Virus record (IMG/VR): IMGVR_UViG_3300019875_000004
Coordinates: 1-29,737 of that record
DNA: 29,737 nucleotides
Source: a virus
Taxonomy: Duplodnaviria; Caudoviricetes
Reading direction: 5' to 3' (one strand)
Both the position numbers and the translations under genes were made by a program. Under the pieces are notes generated by a model. It did not search any database. It was not told where the DNA came from and worked only from the letters and a program-made list of their open reading frames with translations. Of this stretch, positions 9,001-18,091 are shown piece after piece (position 1 is the first letter of the stretch; every line of letters begins with the position of its first letter).

Positions 9001-11304
9001 GGTCTTCTCGGTTTGCCCACGAGCGATCGTCACCTCTTCGAACTTCATGGTGTCAATCGCCTTACCGAGCGAACGAAATTGTTCCTTCGAGAGATTCGGC
9101 GGTAATGTCACATGGAGCGTATTGTTTTCACCGATCTCCATACGGACCAAATTGCCCAGATGCTGCAAGGACAGATCGCCTCGACCAACGCCGTTCACCA
9201 CCGGCTTCTGCATCCGCATCTTCTCGATCATGGCGCCAGTGTTCAGACCACCACGGATCGGTGTACCATCAGCGAGAATGAAGGCCTCGGTCGTCTTCGG
9301 AGCTGTGACGCTCTTGGACGCCTCGGTCGCCATCTTCTTAAGGGTGTTGGTCAGCTTGACCGTGTTCGTTCCAAAAACATTCTTGTTGCCGAATTCGGGG
9401 TAGTTGTAGACTGGACGCCCAATCATGTAGTCATGAACGCCAGCAGCCGCGGTGGGAATCTTCGCCACCGTGAGTTTTACCCCGAGACGTTCCTGGGCAG
9501 CCAGCAGCGCGGCGTCATGCTTGACACCGGTCACGATATTGATGCCACCGGGATTCTGTCTGAAAATCCCCGCCAACAGACGCCCATCCAACTCGATGTC
9601 GGAGGCCAGATCAACCTTGGCAACCGCCTTGTCCAGCTCACCAGCCTGTCTAAGCTGGATATCCATCGGTCCTTCGTTCACGATCGGACGGCCAGCTGGC
9701 TTGCCGCCACCCGGAATTACCGGTCCACCGGGCTTCTTCGGAATCTTGGGCTCGGGGTTGAACTCGCTGCCATCCGCATTGAACAGCTTATCCCGCAGCA
9801 TCCGGTCCCGAATCGCTTCCTTCGGAACGTCTTGTGGGTAAGCAGAAATTGGACCGCTGATATCGTTGGCATACTTCAACGCAGCCTTGTGTGCTGGCGT
9901 GTCAGCGAACGCAGTCCCTTGGATTTCTTGGAGCAATTCGTGTGCCGACTTGGTACCTTCGGGCTGAGCAACGATCCGTCTGGCGACTTCCTCGGTAGCC
10001 GCAGCCTGAGCCAAGGGATCAGCAGACCGGTTGAGCATCTCGGACTGAACTCTCCGCTGGAACTCTTCCGGGCCTACTCGCTTGATGGCGTTCTTCACCG
10101 CCTCGACGGTCGGTACCTGAATGCTTGCCGCATCTGGCAGGTGCACCGCAGCGTCGGGCTTGATGAAGAAGCCACTGTTGGCTAGATCACCCTGCCCGCG
10201 CATAACTTCGGCCACTGCCTTCGATGCCGTCGGAGCCGCCCCAGATGCCCGAATCTCGTTGGCTATGAACTGCTCCCTCGATAGCTGGTCGGCAATGACC
10301 TCAGATGCCTCCTCGTTGAGCGCGACCTTCCTGAGATTCGTGAGGAAGTGCTTGGCGACTGCGTACTTCTCGCCGATTTGACCAGGGCTAACGCCGGCCG
10401 CCGTGAGACCTTGCCGAATAGAATTGATGGTCTCGTCACTAAGATGGACCACAGCCAGCGTTCGAGCCCGGTTATAGCCTGCTGCAATTCCCATGAACAT
10501 AGGGCCCATGACGCCGCCCACAACTGCACCGCCCATACCGAGAGCAAGACGGTCCGGTACGCCCATCTCCGCCAGAGGCTTGGCAATCTTGCTCGAAGGG
10601 TCAAGCCAGCTATCCTGGATTTCTCCGGTGACAGGGTCTCGAGCCAGACCATCAGTGCGGAGAGCGTCGATTCCACCATTGACCAGAGCTCCGAGACCTA
10701 TCTCCTTCAGTCTCATGGGGATAAACTCGAGCGCCCGAGCTGCGATAGGAACCTTCCCCACGAAGCTCAGGCCCCGCATCAGTCCATACCCTTGCAGCAT
10801 GGTGGTGCCCAACGCCGACAGAATCTTGATCGGGATTTGAGCACCAGCCGTAATCGAGTCCATCGTTTGGGGATCCGCACGTTCGCCGTAGGGGCTCGGT
10901 GCAATGCCCAAAGTGAGGTCATGCCCCACCTGCATCGCCATGATTGGCACCTGCATAGCCGTCGTGGCGATCTTGTTGCGCCAACCTTGCGTGTTCTCCT
11001 TCGCCACCTGGATCGCCCGCTGGTGACGCGCCTGGGCGTCGAACTCGTTGGCGATCGTAGTGACATCGGACGGGGAAAAGACCGGCGGTTGGGGCGGGGT
11101 GGGAGCAGCAGGTGGACCAGCAACCGGAGCCACCGTACTTTCGCGAGGAGCCATCACTGGCGCCTGAGTGCCCGAAGGACGGTTCTTAGCTATGTCCGCT
11201 TCCATGCGCGCCCGAAGGGCCGGCGGAATTGAACCTCCGCCAGGCCCATCGAGGATCGCTTGAAGTCTTTCCCAGTCGACTTCTGGCTTGACAGAAGGTG
11301 CCAT
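6082..11304 (-). CDS. Large internal virion / DNA ejection protein (1740 aa)
   Basis: Last and largest of three genes after the tail nozzle and GNAT, as in T7 gp14-16 and P22 gp7/20/16 clusters. Gly-rich hydrophobic segments near the N-terminus and a helical C-terminal half (NYMPH, GFRPALALRN, LLGQFGTW). Confidence 0.75.
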   Translation of the reverse strand: MAPSVKPEVDWERLQAILDGPGGGSIPPALRARMEADIAKNRPSGTQAPVMAPRESTVAPVAGPPAAPTPPQPPVFSPSDVTTIANEFDAQARHQRAIQVAKENTQGWRNKIATTAMQVPIMAMQVGHDLTLGIAPSPYGERADPQTMDSITAGAQIPIKILSALGTTMLQGYGLMRGLSFVGKVPIAARALEFIPMRLKEIGLGALVNGGIDALRTDGLARDPVTGEIQDSWLDPSSKIAKPLAEMGVPDRLALGMGGAVVGGVMGPMFMGIAAGYNRARTLAVVHLSDETINSIRQGLTAAGVSPGQIGEKYAVAKHFLTNLRKVALNEEASEVIADQLSREQFIANEIRASGAAPTASKAVAEVMRGQGDLANSGFFIKPDAAVHLPDAASIQVPTVEAVKNAIKRVGPEEFQRRVQSEMLNRSADPLAQAAATEEVARRIVAQPEGTKSAHELLQEIQGTAFADTPAHKAALKYANDISGPISAYPQDVPKEAIRDRMLRDKLFNADGSEFNPEPKIPKKPGGPVIPGGGKPAGRPIVNEGPMDIQLRQAGELDKAVAKVDLASDIELDGRLLAGIFRQNPGGINIVTGVKHDAALLAAQERLGVKLTVAKIPTAAAGVHDYMIGRPVYNYPEFGNKNVFGTNTVKLTNTLKKMATEASKSVTAPKTTEAFILADGTPIRGGLNTGAMIEKMRMQKPVVNGVGRGDLSLQHLGNLVRMEIGENNTLHVTLPPNLSKEQFRSLGKAIDTMKFEEVTIARGQTEKTFQTPLGAVVQDHVAQMIKPQSISNSITPDMAMQYGKEGIFRGQAAILPDGSAAEILGRDAKGIKVKETMTGSEVVVHEKNLTILPSSLEGEYRGSNLFASYLTDGERQSLAKMRLAMTKGWAQEITKYREFESFASSRGYIAENMKGGKIRLAKANEGGAEPMLFKDLKSALAWVRKDTSPMAELGSDEITRLLGPDRNMGYIGGGGPPPRMNEMLPIDWKRMEATMGQLPADAGPTTSQLALKPMIPLMRDLDKKFGTEMYKAASNMQSQKVARSNFEALWFKGVGGKLPEGVMPLEKIIKLAGPKANQELITDFREADAVGRIELAKQMSPREVRAAEELGKWYDAAYPALGVGAPFVENYMPHYRQAVQSGNPTSFQDFMAQMVGKGQTVPRGTDWVSDHIREGLIDVYNKDAFGVAVQYLRAGAKNRFMKQAQDEAREMVRMVAAKSPNLALPLANMLQAMGGYEFAEQRVAMKAMFESIMDKLPHSMTREGKSSLADRFVDWTTSLVYSSTMGFRPALALRNAKDIWVMSYPLYHGPRFNEAIGYALTKEGKAEAIAARVINKYSGGLLSADEETRALLAKLPKRLQDMHEASTMLYDSADEFTRTGTYFAAKFKAEEALQTFAKAVEKKGTSDVVLERLKENLIRDAKVYIHGPEASEEFIRRATNDPHFAAKYAGKLAADYTNYLYGRGMQARWMRSMGGRLLGQFGTWSMWYGDYLTQQIKAIAKGPYKADAFGILARHALVNAAILEVGREVLNVDLSRWASYGALAYSGGPGLQVAMGASTLMRGLGEVSSFGEDPLGETRVSQGSQMIWNTLPAFVPYHSAFRDVSKMVGAYDQVDFLAATLGTRVTKDYQIRRKIEIMTDMPGLQGYGMTSGPFQSTSPALGTMLNNMATGTGEQPVDLRVQGAAQSAGVQAPPTPPKPQPGGTMMRSRKNRPLEADVPANSMPQTMETKPTGSKPVGGY

Positions 11305-12750
11305 TTACTGCGCCGGTGTCTGGGGAGCGTTGCCCATCTGCAACGTCTGGATGTAGTTCATGATCGCCTGCTGATCTTCCGTAGAAAGCTGCGGAGCCGG
11401 TGGCTTCCCTGTCGTGGGGTCTGTGAGCATTCCCGCCGCAGCAGGGACGTTACCCACTGGTACCGGTCCAGTAACTCCACTGACAGGTTTGACAGGACCC
11501 ACAGGCGCAGAGGTTGGTGCGAGGGCAGGCTGCGGTCCCGCCATGTTCTCCGCAGGAACGTCGCGGCCCCACGGAATGTTAATACCTGTCTTAGGGACTC
11601 GACGAAGATTCGCCTGATAAACCTCATCCCATTTCCTCATACCTTCAGGATCGCTCGGCATGGGGCCGACCTGCGACAAGGTAGCTGCTCTTGCCGCCGC
11701 ATCAGCGAGGGTGTTACGAACCGACACCATCGTGCGCGGGTCGACGCCCGGCTTGGTGATGTAGTCCGCTGTGGTACGAAGCGCCTGGATCGTCGGGTCA
11801 CCTTTCTGCAACTGCTCGCCGATCGCGGCGTTGTAGTAGGCGGCCACACCGTGGTCGTAGACTTGCGCGGCGCCTTCCAGTCCCTTGGGAAGCGGCGTGC
11901 CTTCCTCTCGGGACTTCATGATCGCTAGAACCTGCAGCGGGGTGAGCACGCCCTTGAAGGTTCCCTTCGAGAGCTCCGTTGCAACCTCGAGCCGTGCCTT
12001 GTGGGTCGCCAACGCGAACTGATCGGTGGTGTCCTTGTTGGTCCAGAACGCCCTGGTCCAGTTCGAGAAAAGCTCCTGAATCCCCATTGCCGTACCCGCC
12101 AATACCGTGCCTAGATTCAGGTCGTTCTTTCTGAGGAACTCATGGATCGGTGCATTGGGGTTCGTCACCGCATCCACTGCCTCACCGATCGAGGCAATAG
12201 CAAGGCGATTGCGAAGCTCGCCGGATTCAACTTCGGTAGCTGTTGTACCCAGCGACTGCTTCTGGCCATACGCTGCCCGGACTTCCGGCTTGGCAGTACG
12301 CCATGCGTTCAGCCCTTCCTCGACAGACTCGGCGACGCTCTGTGCCGTGTGCTGCTGAGTCACCTGCTGCGTCTCGGTCGCCCCGCGCATGGCTTCCAGC
12401 CCCTTCATCGTCGTAGGCCCGGCAACACCGGACTGATTCGACAACGAGGTAGCTACGATGTCCAGTTGCTTCATCGGCTCGAGCTGCTTCAGGTAGTTCA
12501 CCGTGTACCGATCAACCACGTCCTTCGATGTCTCGGTCTTGAGAACTCTCGAGGCATCGAACGGCGTATCCTTTCCGAACAACTCCGAAAACTGCTTCGG
12601 CGACATGCCTACCTGCCCCACGGTTGCCCCGGGAGCAGCCCCGGCAATCTGCTGCTGACCCTGCCGGGCACGCCGCTCCTGCGCTCCTTGGATCATCTGG
12701 AACGCCATACGCAGCATGGCATCATTGCCGCCATTGTCAAGAATCGGCAT
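11305..12750 (-). CDS. Internal virion / ejection protein (481 aa)
   Basis: Position between the pilot-like and large ejection genes. Ala/Gln-rich helical sequence with a Pro-rich C-terminus. Confidence 0.65.
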   Translation of the reverse strand: MPILDNGGNDAMLRMAFQMIQGAQERRARQGQQQIAGAAPGATVGQVGMSPKQFSELFGKDTPFDASRVLKTETSKDVVDRYTVNYLKQLEPMKQLDIVATSLSNQSGVAGPTTMKGLEAMRGATETQQVTQQHTAQSVAESVEEGLNAWRTAKPEVRAAYGQKQSLGTTATEVESGELRNRLAIASIGEAVDAVTNPNAPIHEFLRKNDLNLGTVLAGTAMGIQELFSNWTRAFWTNKDTTDQFALATHKARLEVATELSKGTFKGVLTPLQVLAIMKSREEGTPLPKGLEGAAQVYDHGVAAYYNAAIGEQLQKGDPTIQALRTTADYITKPGVDPRTMVSVRNTLADAAARAATLSQVGPMPSDPEGMRKWDEVYQANLRRVPKTGINIPWGRDVPAENMAGPQPALAPTSAPVGPVKPVSGVTGPVPVGNVPAAAGMLTDPTTGKPPAPQLSTEDQQAIMNYIQTLQMGNAPQTPAQ

Positions 12751-12757
12751 CGTTATC

Positions 12758-14218
12758 TCACTTGGCCTGCTTCATCCCGTACCCTGCCATCAGGATCGGG
12801 GCGAGCTGGTTGAGAATGCTGGGGTTGTACTGCTGAGCCCCTGTGCCGCCGAGGAAGCTGAGCAGGTTCGGCATGTTCGACTGCTGCTGTTGCCAAGCTT
12901 GGTATTGCCTGGTCAGATCACCCTGCTGCTGGTTCTGCATGGTGGTGTTCATACCCAGGTTCGCCTGCGCCAGCAACTGCGGTAGCTGAGCGATCTGGCT
13001 GTACGCTCCGGGCTGAGCCAGCGCCGCTTGCGTGGCGTTGTTGTTCTGGTTGTTGAAGATGCTGGCCAACACCCCGGCGTTCTGACCCTGGGCGTTGAAC
13101 AGGCTACTCAGACCAGAGATACCCTGGCCCGCTTGCTGGTTGATAAGCTGGCCAGCAGCCTGTTGCGAGCCCGTGTTGATATTACCCATCTGACCACCGA
13201 TACCGCCCAGAGCTTGGAGTGCACCCAGCGCCGTATTGTTTCTAGTATTGGCGATCTGGGGGGCAAGCTGAGCCAGTATTCCCTGTAGATTACCCTGGCT
13301 TTCGGCGACCGCCTGTCCAACCCCGGCGTTGAGGTCCGTCGAATTACGTAGGCCGTTGAAGCTGAACTGCTCCCGCATGTCGCGGACACGACGATCCAGG
13401 GCCGGTTGCTGAGCCTGCGCGATCGCACTTCCAATCGAATTAAGGTCATTGCCTTCTCCACCGGACAGCAGAGCGCCGGCTTGTCCGGAGTTGAAGAGCT
13501 GGCTTAGCTCAGCAACGCCCGGTCCGGAATTGTTCATGTTGAGGAGGTTGCCGATCGCCGGATTGTTCTGGCCGATCAGCTGTTGGATTTGCTGCGCGTA
13601 CTGGTCGTTCTGCCCGCCTTGCCCGAGGAGTTGCGCGATTTCCGGTGGAAGGTTGAATCCACCTCCGGCGATCCGATTAATATTTGCCAGGGAACCCTGG
13701 CCCTGATCACCGCCGAAGAAGTTAGCCAACGCAGAATTTGCGCCACCAACCGCATCAAGTTGGCCTTGATTCGCGCCGGCATTCAGCTGCCCTCCGTAGG
13801 CAGGTCCCATCATCTTGGTGACGAAGTCGGCGAAGTTGCCGCCCGCCATTGCGCCGCTGAGCATGCCGCCCAGATCGTTCGCACCCTGCTGTCTCGGGTC
13901 GTTCAACGCCTTGGGATCGGTTAGCCCTGAGAACAGCTTTCCGATTCCACTGATCGGGTTGCCACCACCGGCCAATGCCGCGCCGGCGAGACCAATGTTC
14001 CCGAGTGTACTACCATTGTTCTTGATCCAGTTCCACAGACCACCTGCTTGATCACCGGCAGGAAATCCGAAGCCTTCGTCGGCATGGTTGAGCGTATCGC
14101 CCCCGCCACCGAACAGGCCACCGATGCCCCCGGTCAGCGCACCCCAGGGACCACCAGAGACTAGGCCACCGACTGCACCTTTGACGGCGCCGCCGATTTT
14201 CTTCCCTACGCTACCCAT
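12758..14218 (-). CDS. Gly/Gln/Asn-rich DNA pilot / ejection protein (486 aa)
   Basis: N-terminal amphipathic Gly-rich segment MGSVGKKIGGAVKGAVGGLVSGGPWGALTGGIGGLFGG, low-complexity Q/N/G body, position right after the GNAT gene. Confidence 0.7.
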   Translation of the reverse strand: MGSVGKKIGGAVKGAVGGLVSGGPWGALTGGIGGLFGGGGDTLNHADEGFGFPAGDQAGGLWNWIKNNGSTLGNIGLAGAALAGGGNPISGIGKLFSGLTDPKALNDPRQQGANDLGGMLSGAMAGGNFADFVTKMMGPAYGGQLNAGANQGQLDAVGGANSALANFFGGDQGQGSLANINRIAGGGFNLPPEIAQLLGQGGQNDQYAQQIQQLIGQNNPAIGNLLNMNNSGPGVAELSQLFNSGQAGALLSGGEGNDLNSIGSAIAQAQQPALDRRVRDMREQFSFNGLRNSTDLNAGVGQAVAESQGNLQGILAQLAPQIANTRNNTALGALQALGGIGGQMGNINTGSQQAAGQLINQQAGQGISGLSSLFNAQGQNAGVLASIFNNQNNNATQAALAQPGAYSQIAQLPQLLAQANLGMNTTMQNQQQGDLTRQYQAWQQQQSNMPNLLSFLGGTGAQQYNPSILNQLAPILMAGYGMKQAK

Positions 14219-14751
14219 TCTGCCGCCTCCTTATCGAGGACGCTGAGGACGAGGGCATCAAACCATATGCCCCCGTATTGCTTGGCTTCACGCAGCCTAC
14301 CCTCTTCACGGAAGCCGATCTTCTTCGCCTGCCGAATGACACCGCCGAAGTGCAGCGGGATTTCAGCCCGCAATCTGTGGAACCCGAACTGCTTGAACAG
14401 GGCCTTAATCGCTGCCTTAAATACAGGGCGACGAATCCCGGCTTTGGCATCCCACACCATCGCGTGCCACGTGGCTTCAATCATGACCCCGCGATAGCTT
14501 GCCATCACATCTGTGAGGTACATCAATCCGACCACTTCTTCTTTCTCGGTGTCGATAATCTCGAACCAGAGAGCACCTGCATTGAGCACAAACTGGAGGA
14601 ATCCCATCGGGCTCTTGTCCAGTTCGTCCGAGAAGATTGGGAACTTACTGATCCTGTCCCAATAGGATTCGATCTTTGCCAGGTCCCAGCTCATGGCGCG
14701 GATAGCGTAGACACGCCCATCGTCGCCGACTGCTTTCACCAGCTCAAGCAT
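14206..14751 (-). CDS. GNAT N-acyltransferase, RimJ/RimL-like
   Basis: C-terminal LFKQFGFHRLRAEI...KKIGFREEGRLRE...GIWFDALVLSVL is the RimJ/RimL (Acetyltransf_3) signature. Confidence 0.85.
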   Translation of the reverse strand: MLELVKAVGDDGRVYAIRAMSWDLAKIESYWDRISKFPIFSDELDKSPMGFLQFVLNAGALWFEIIDTEKEEVVGLMYLTDVMASYRGVMIEATWHAMVWDAKAGIRRPVFKAAIKALFKQFGFHRLRAEIPLHFGGVIRQAKKIGFREEGRLREAKQYGGIWFDALVLSVLDKEAAEWVA

Positions 14752-16351
14752 TGCCTCTTCCCCTCGGACGTAGGGTTGCTTCGATCTGAGTTACCGCGAG
14801 AAACCCGGTAAGTGGTCTAAGACGGATTTGAATGCTTCGACCAACAACACGGTGATCGTCCACCACAAAATCGTCACCAGTGCCAGTAGCCGGTAGGCTG
14901 TAGACTTTCTCGGCCTGATACGTCTTTCCCGCATCGGTTGAAACGGCCACGGCAACCGTAGATAGCGAACGAGCCGAGTAATGTAGCCGGATTCTGTCGA
15001 GTTCGACCTCTTGTCCCTGGAAGAGGAAGTTCTTCGACTCCCATCTTCCGTTGGCGGCGACCAGTGAGGTGTCAGTTTGCCATACTTGCCCATTGTCGTC
15101 TCCGAATAGGATTCGATCCGGTCCGTAACTATTGCCCCAGTCATTCACTCGGACAGTGATCGTATCCACTATGTCGGTGATGGTGTTTACGATGGGGTCG
15201 TTAGTTACTCCCAGATACCCATACCCGAAAGAATAGGTATTCGGCGGGAGGGTTTTCTTCCTCCAAACCAGACGTTGGGTCCGCGCATATTCACGGACAT
15301 TGAACACATAGGCGTATTCTAGCACGTCGCCGCCAGACGTGGGGAATGCTAGGTAATACTCCTGTTGGTTCTCATCGAATGCTCCGACGACCTTGCTGCG
15401 GTCAGACACGCCATCGCGTAGGAACTCGTAGATGGGCAACCCGACAGGGTTACAATTCGCCCCGTCGAAGTTATATACCATGTAGTCATACCCCAAAAAG
15501 TAATCGCCGTTGAGCAATCCGCCGTTGGCAATACTATAGGGTGACTCTGTCCCGTGGGTGAAGTCGACCGTTGTGAACCTGAACGGTGCATCTCCTACTC
15601 CCGTGAGCATGGCCAGCTGTATCGACCGCTGTCGGTAGATCACGGCACCGCGCTGCAAGGTGCTCAGCCCGGTGATGTAATTGGCCGATCGGCTATACCC
15701 TTCGACAGGCGGCTCGGCAGAACCTGCGCCTAGCAGAGGGTCGGTCCACTCTTGGATATCGCCGTCAGCACTCCATGCAACAAGATTAGGATTGGTGTCC
15801 GCTCCAACCTTGATATAGGCTGCGAGCAGTCGGGTTCCAATCCTGGTGATGAACTTGGCGATCGGCGCGTCTGCCGACAAATTGCCGACGGCGTTGACGT
15901 CCACTCCGTCCCACATCTGCAAACGGTCGATCGCATTTGCTGCCACGAACATGTTGTAGGCTACTGCCGTATAGTACCGATCGAGCACCGTCCCCGTCGG
16001 TCCACCAGGCAGCGTGAGCCAGTTCGCCCCGTTCCAGCGGTCCCAGCCTGTCGGACGAAGTCTCATGGACTTCTTCGCCTCTCCGAACTTGTCGAAGTTG
16101 GCGATCGACATGATCCGCTTTACATCGGGACCAGCATAGGGCGTGCTAAAAACACTCACCCCGAAGTCAGTGGACACGCCGCCGTTGGCGAACCGAACGT
16201 CGCTGGCGTACGTGGCTTCACCTTCATCGAGCTGAGTTGCCCCCATCGAGGCATTCAGGCCGCTCTTATTCAGGTTGATCAAAATCGCCTGCTCCTGAAT
16301 CGGACGAGACGGCCCGATGCCTTGCCCATACCTGCTTGGGTGTACTCGCAC
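14744..16351 (-). CDS. Tail nozzle / tubular protein B (P22 gp10 / T7 gp12-like, beta-propeller)
   Basis: 535-aa beta-rich protein with GLN near the N-terminus, VAWSADGD..W, HGTESPYSI and a C-terminal SIQIRL strand. Position upstream of GNAT and ejection genes. GTG start after GGAG. Confidence 0.75.
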   Translation of the reverse strand: MRVHPSRYGQGIGPSRPIQEQAILINLNKSGLNASMGATQLDEGEATYASDVRFANGGVSTDFGVSVFSTPYAGPDVKRIMSIANFDKFGEAKKSMRLRPTGWDRWNGANWLTLPGGPTGTVLDRYYTAVAYNMFVAANAIDRLQMWDGVDVNAVGNLSADAPIAKFITRIGTRLLAAYIKVGADTNPNLVAWSADGDIQEWTDPLLGAGSAEPPVEGYSRSANYITGLSTLQRGAVIYRQRSIQLAMLTGVGDAPFRFTTVDFTHGTESPYSIANGGLLNGDYFLGYDYMVYNFDGANCNPVGLPIYEFLRDGVSDRSKVVGAFDENQQEYYLAFPTSGGDVLEYAYVFNVREYARTQRLVWRKKTLPPNTYSFGYGYLGVTNDPIVNTITDIVDTITVRVNDWGNSYGPDRILFGDDNGQVWQTDTSLVAANGRWESKNFLFQGQEVELDRIRLHYSARSLSTVAVAVSTDAGKTYQAEKVYSLPATGTGDDFVVDDHRVVGRSIQIRLRPLTGFLAVTQIEATLRPRGRGNA

Positions 16352-16353
16352 TC

Positions 16354-16686
16354 CTACTCCTTTTTGAGGCTATCCAGCCACTCGATCGTGTTGTCGGCTA
16401 GAACCACGGCGAAACGGGTCCAAGGAATCTTGTCGACCGTATCGCGGAGGAGCGTGAACTCACCTTCTTCGAGCTTCAACTCCCGAGGCTCGGTCGGGTC
16501 GAACTGGAACTTAGCCAACACCTTCTCGTCCTCGAGTGGTGCTGCAATGGACTCCAACTTCTCGAGGACCCGTCGTGCAACTCGGCGAGCTTCACGGGCA
16601 TAGCCTTCAGGGTTGACGAGCATAGCGCCGTAAAGAATGTCCCACCGTTCTTGTCCTTCCTTGCCTTCGAATGCGAGGGTTCGCAT
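16354..16686 (-). CDS. Hypothetical protein (110 aa), possible tail-fibre chaperone
   Basis: Start moved from the ORF track to ATG 16686 (MRTLAFEG), which has an AGGAG SD and removes the overlap with the fibre gene. Function inferred from position only. Confidence 0.6.
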   Translation of the reverse strand: MRTLAFEGKEGQERWDILYGAMLVNPEGYAREARRVARRVLEKLESIAAPLEDEKVLAKFQFDPTEPRELKLEEGEFTLLRDTVDKIPWTRFAVVLADNTIEWLDSLKKE

Positions 16687-16693
16687 TGGTCTC

Positions 16694-18091
16694 CTACGCG
16701 ACGTAGTAAGGGATTTTGAAGTTCGTGGCTCCGAGGTAAATCGGGATATAACCTCGGGGCTGTGCCGGAAGCGCCGAGACACCACCACCTCCGTATGTGT
16801 TGGCTGTGGTGGAAGTATTACCACCTAGCGACAGGTAACCAGCTGCCACCGCGACAGCCGAACCCGCAACATCCAGACGACCATCGAACTGTGCGTTGCC
16901 GGTGAACACCACACTGCCGGCGTTGTCCAGGATCATCACGTCGACCGTTGCAGCTGCATTGGTGATGCGGAATCCGGACGCAGAAGCTGGGATCTTAATG
17001 TACGACCAGGGCGTAGCTCCTGAGTAGCGCGCCAGGTTCAGCTTCTTGCTCTGGTCATCTGCGAGTGACAACCCAATCGAGTTGATGCCGTTGACGTCGA
17101 AGGTGACCGGGGTAGACGCGGCAACGTTGAAGGAGAAGATATTCGCCTTCGCCGAAATGAAGGCGTTGTACGTCACGTTGTCCGTGAACTGCAACGTGGT
17201 ATCGGCACCACTCCCCTGTGACGAGAGCCGGAGAAGGATATTGTTGTATAGGACCCCCGACGATGCCGCAGCGTCTAGTACCGTAAACGCCGCGCTGGTC
17301 ATCTGCCCAACACCAGAACCCTTCGTGAACTGGGCGATCTTGTCCAGCGAAATGCTGGTCTCTGCGTCAACGTGGGTGATCGCAGCCGACACGTAGATGC
17401 CGGCGACATCGCCGCTGTTGCCTGCATTGCGCCAGTTGATGCCGAAACCGTTGGCAAGTCTTACCGAGCCTGTCGCGGCAACGGTGCCACCCACCGCAAG
17501 GAATCCAGTCGCCGACAGATTCACTGCCGTGAACGTACCTGGGCACGTGACGTTCAGGGTACCCGTCAAGATTCGGATGACAGGGCTCCCAGAATTGTTC
17601 GTGAGCACCAGATCGTAGGTCGCGCCGGTCGTCCCCGACAGGATCAATCCGTTCGTGGCGTCCTTGTACACCTTCGCCGACGCATACGTGCCATTGCCAC
17701 TCAGGGCGAACCCGAGCGACGAGGTGACTAAACCGAAGGTCACGTTGCCCGCTGTGCCGCTGAGCGGAATGTAGCCCAGCTCTACGGCGCCAGTCGCCTT
17801 CAGATGGAACAACCGCTGCGTGTCGGTCGTGATGGCAATACGCCCATCTTGCAGCGTCAAGGCAGCAACACCAGCTGCCGTCACTGCGTAGGCTCGAGCA
17901 GAACCTGCCTTCACGATACAGGTCGCACCGAACGAGGCCGACTCGTAGATTCCCGAATTGGGATTCGCCGGGTCACCCTCTAGGCGCTCTCTGATCGCCC
18001 TCTTGGCTTGCCTCTGGTAATCATCGAGCAGGGACCCTGTAATGACGGAGCCATCTGGGTCCGACTCGATCCAGCTTTCGGTGAACGCCAT
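16694..18091 (-). CDS. Tail fibre / receptor-binding protein
   Basis: N-terminal anchor (W.E..P......LDD..R..K.AIRERL), Gly/Ala/Thr/Ser-rich beta-strand repeats, C-terminal GYIPIYLGATNFKIPYY. Confidence 0.75.
   Translation of the reverse strand: MAFTESWIESDPDGSVITGSLLDDYQRQAKRAIRERLEGDPANPNSGIYESASFGATCIVKAGSARAYAVTAAGVAALTLQDGRIAITTDTQRLFHLKATGAVELGYIPLSGTAGNVTFGLVTSSLGFALSGNGTYASAKVYKDATNGLILSGTTGATYDLVLTNNSGSPVIRILTGTLNVTCPGTFTAVNLSATGFLAVGGTVAATGSVRLANGFGINWRNAGNSGDVAGIYVSAAITHVDAETSISLDKIAQFTKGSGVGQMTSAAFTVLDAAASSGVLYNNILLRLSSQGSGADTTLQFTDNVTYNAFISAKANIFSFNVAASTPVTFDVNGINSIGLSLADDQSKKLNLARYSGATPWSYIKIPASASGFRITNAAATVDVMILDNAGSVVFTGNAQFDGRLDVAGSAVAVAAGYLSLGGNTSTTANTYGGGGVSALPAQPRGYIPIYLGATNFKIPYYVA

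Noticed and set aside
6340-11928. Long + strand ORFs (6340-7191, 7792-8463, 9112-10185, 10348-11232, 11260-11928)
   Set aside because: Antisense shadows of GC3-biased ejection genes, with no motifs and unnatural Arg/His/Leu-rich composition.
16694-18091. Diversity-generating retroelement target in the tail fibre
   Set aside because: No reverse transcriptase in the window, and I noticed no template/variable repeat pair.
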